Translations under genes and position numbers: made by a program
The notes under the pieces: generated by a model
Database searches by the model: none
Told to the model about the DNA's origin: nothing
What the model saw: only the letters and a program-made list of their open reading frames with translations
Source of the DNA: Squalus acanthias
Lineage: Eukaryota
DNA: 64,000 bases
Direction of reading: 5' to 3'
Assembly (NCBI GenBank): GCA_030390025.1
Contig: CM059432.1
Span: 120,220,001-120,284,000, forward strand
Part shown: positions 62,424 to 64,000 of the stretch, piece by piece
Layout of the letters: each line of letters begins with the position of its first letter
Numbering within the stretch: position 1 is the stretch's first letter

Positions 62424-64000
62424 TGTAAGGGATTCTGACCCTGCGTATCTCGCAGCCTGTGAGATTCACGCGGCTCTGTGCAGCCTGTATGTCAGTGCGG
62501 GTCTCGGCCTTGTTGCCTGTTCTGGTCTCCAGCCAGTCTGGGAACACTAGACACACCTGTGAGTGGTTCGAATCACTCTCCCTTACGGTTCTAGACACTG
62601 GACTTAGATGCGAGAGCAGTAATGGAGATGAAACTCATGTAGACTTGGTTTGAATGGTACGAAATGGAAAATCTTTATTGCATGATACTTAAGATTATGA
62701 AATACATGTCATAAGCACAGATTGATGACAGTACAATCTTACAAACAGTTATATAGTCGATCTTAGGGAAACGAGGAACGAACGGCACAAAGTAAATAGG
62801 GGCACACATTACAAATATCCTTAATCCTTAAACCCTCCCCTATCAATATCTATCCTAAACTAGATTCGTAGGATTTCGAGACTCATGCTCACCACTCGTG
62901 ATAACTCGGAGAAATTCCGAATAGCTGATCGGATGCTTTTCACCGCAGCACCCACGTGTCGGTCAGGAGATCTCCTGGTCCCACTTGTTTACTTGCTTCT
63001 GCTGCTCCGGCTAGCAGGCTGGACCGTCTGCTGTGATGAAGACCTGTGTTGGTTGGTTTAACAGGTACTTTTCGAGCACAGTTGTCAATATCATCGATAC
63101 GATATGTTTCCTTGCAAGTTCGAAGAAGTCTTCCTGGCAAGGAAAACTTGGATAATCGACCTACAGGCGCGGTCGGGATTTACTGACCGTGGCGATGGAT
63201 ATGGTCTTCCTCTCTTCTCATCTCATCTCATCTCATCTCATCTCGGGCCTTCGGTTCCGCTGCCAGTTACCAACATAGGTCTTCGTTACGCGACACGAGG
63301 TAGATCCGAACGGATCAGAAAGTTCAACAGTCCTTTTCAGAAGAGGCAACAGGCAAGCAGGAGCGAGCCCAACTACGAGTACACAGGAGCAGCCACGAGG
63401 TTACGAATCGATCGGATAAGAGCACAGGAGCAGCCACGATGATAAGAGCAGCAAGAGAGCAGCAAGAGCAGCAAGAGAGCGAATGGACGGTTTGGAGCCT
63501 GCAGTTATAGTGCAAAATCTTCCGTTTCCCGCCCAACTATAATGTCCATTCTTTTGTTTAGGGTTTGGCGCTCAAATGTCTTGTATGGGTGATCTCCGTT
63601 CTTAATGGGTTTCGGGGCTACTCGTAAATGTCTGAGTACCTGTTAATATTTCTCCCATTGTTAAATCGGTCGGTGTTCTCCCTGGAGGGGTTTGGGGCTT
63701 CCAAGTGTCCTGTATAACTACCTGCTAACGGCTCTCTCATCGTAGAGTCGTTGGGATTTTACATATTAATGTCTTTTGGATGGGCCCTTGATTACTCGGT
63801 ACAATGGCTTTCCTTTGTACCTGGGAGACCGATTTCAGTATCTATGTGTATACTGCAAACCCATAATGTCTCGTGTATTATCTTCACTGTGCTGAATCTT
63901 AATCGATCTTGCACAAATGTTTATTGGAACGCCATCTTGTCTGCCTGTTGAAAAGTCTAGAATGTTCTGTCACGAGGTGCGGCGGCCATTTTACAGGCTG
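62424..64000 (-). mobile_element. Probable long LTR (ERV or LTR retrotransposon) in reverse orientation, extending past the window
   Basis: Abrupt break in the LINE motif at TGTAAGGG (= ...CCCTTACA 3' end on -). AATAAA(-) at 62674-62679, TATA-like(-) at 63505-63509, CpG-rich. Confidence 0.6.

Overview
Eukaryotic, repeat-dominated window with no complete host gene. The repeat set (CR1/L2 LINEs, DeuSINE-type tRNA SINEs, Penelope-like termini, many PIF/Harbinger elements) suggests a cartilaginous fish (shark); this is inference from recalled family sequences, not a database search. Positions 1-6240 are an 18-bp CCAGGTGATCCATTACAC satellite with mosaic higher-order duplication, ending in a Harbinger promoter region. 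The rest holds about 10 PIF/Harbinger copies or relics plus MITEs, interleaved with decayed LINEs and SINEs. The most notable structure is a near-intact two-gene Harbinger (32942-37689: 16-bp TIRs, TAT TSD, open DDE transposase, three-exon Myb/SANT gene) that is part of a four-level nest and is interrupted by a Penelope-like inverted-repeat cassette carrying hammerhead-ribozyme cores. Other points: a copy of an element's own terminus plus flank pasted into its transposase (10080-10201), a candidate orphan host exon (26410-26543), and a probable long LTR at the right edge. All coordinates were read by eye; boundaries of degenerate elements are approximate.
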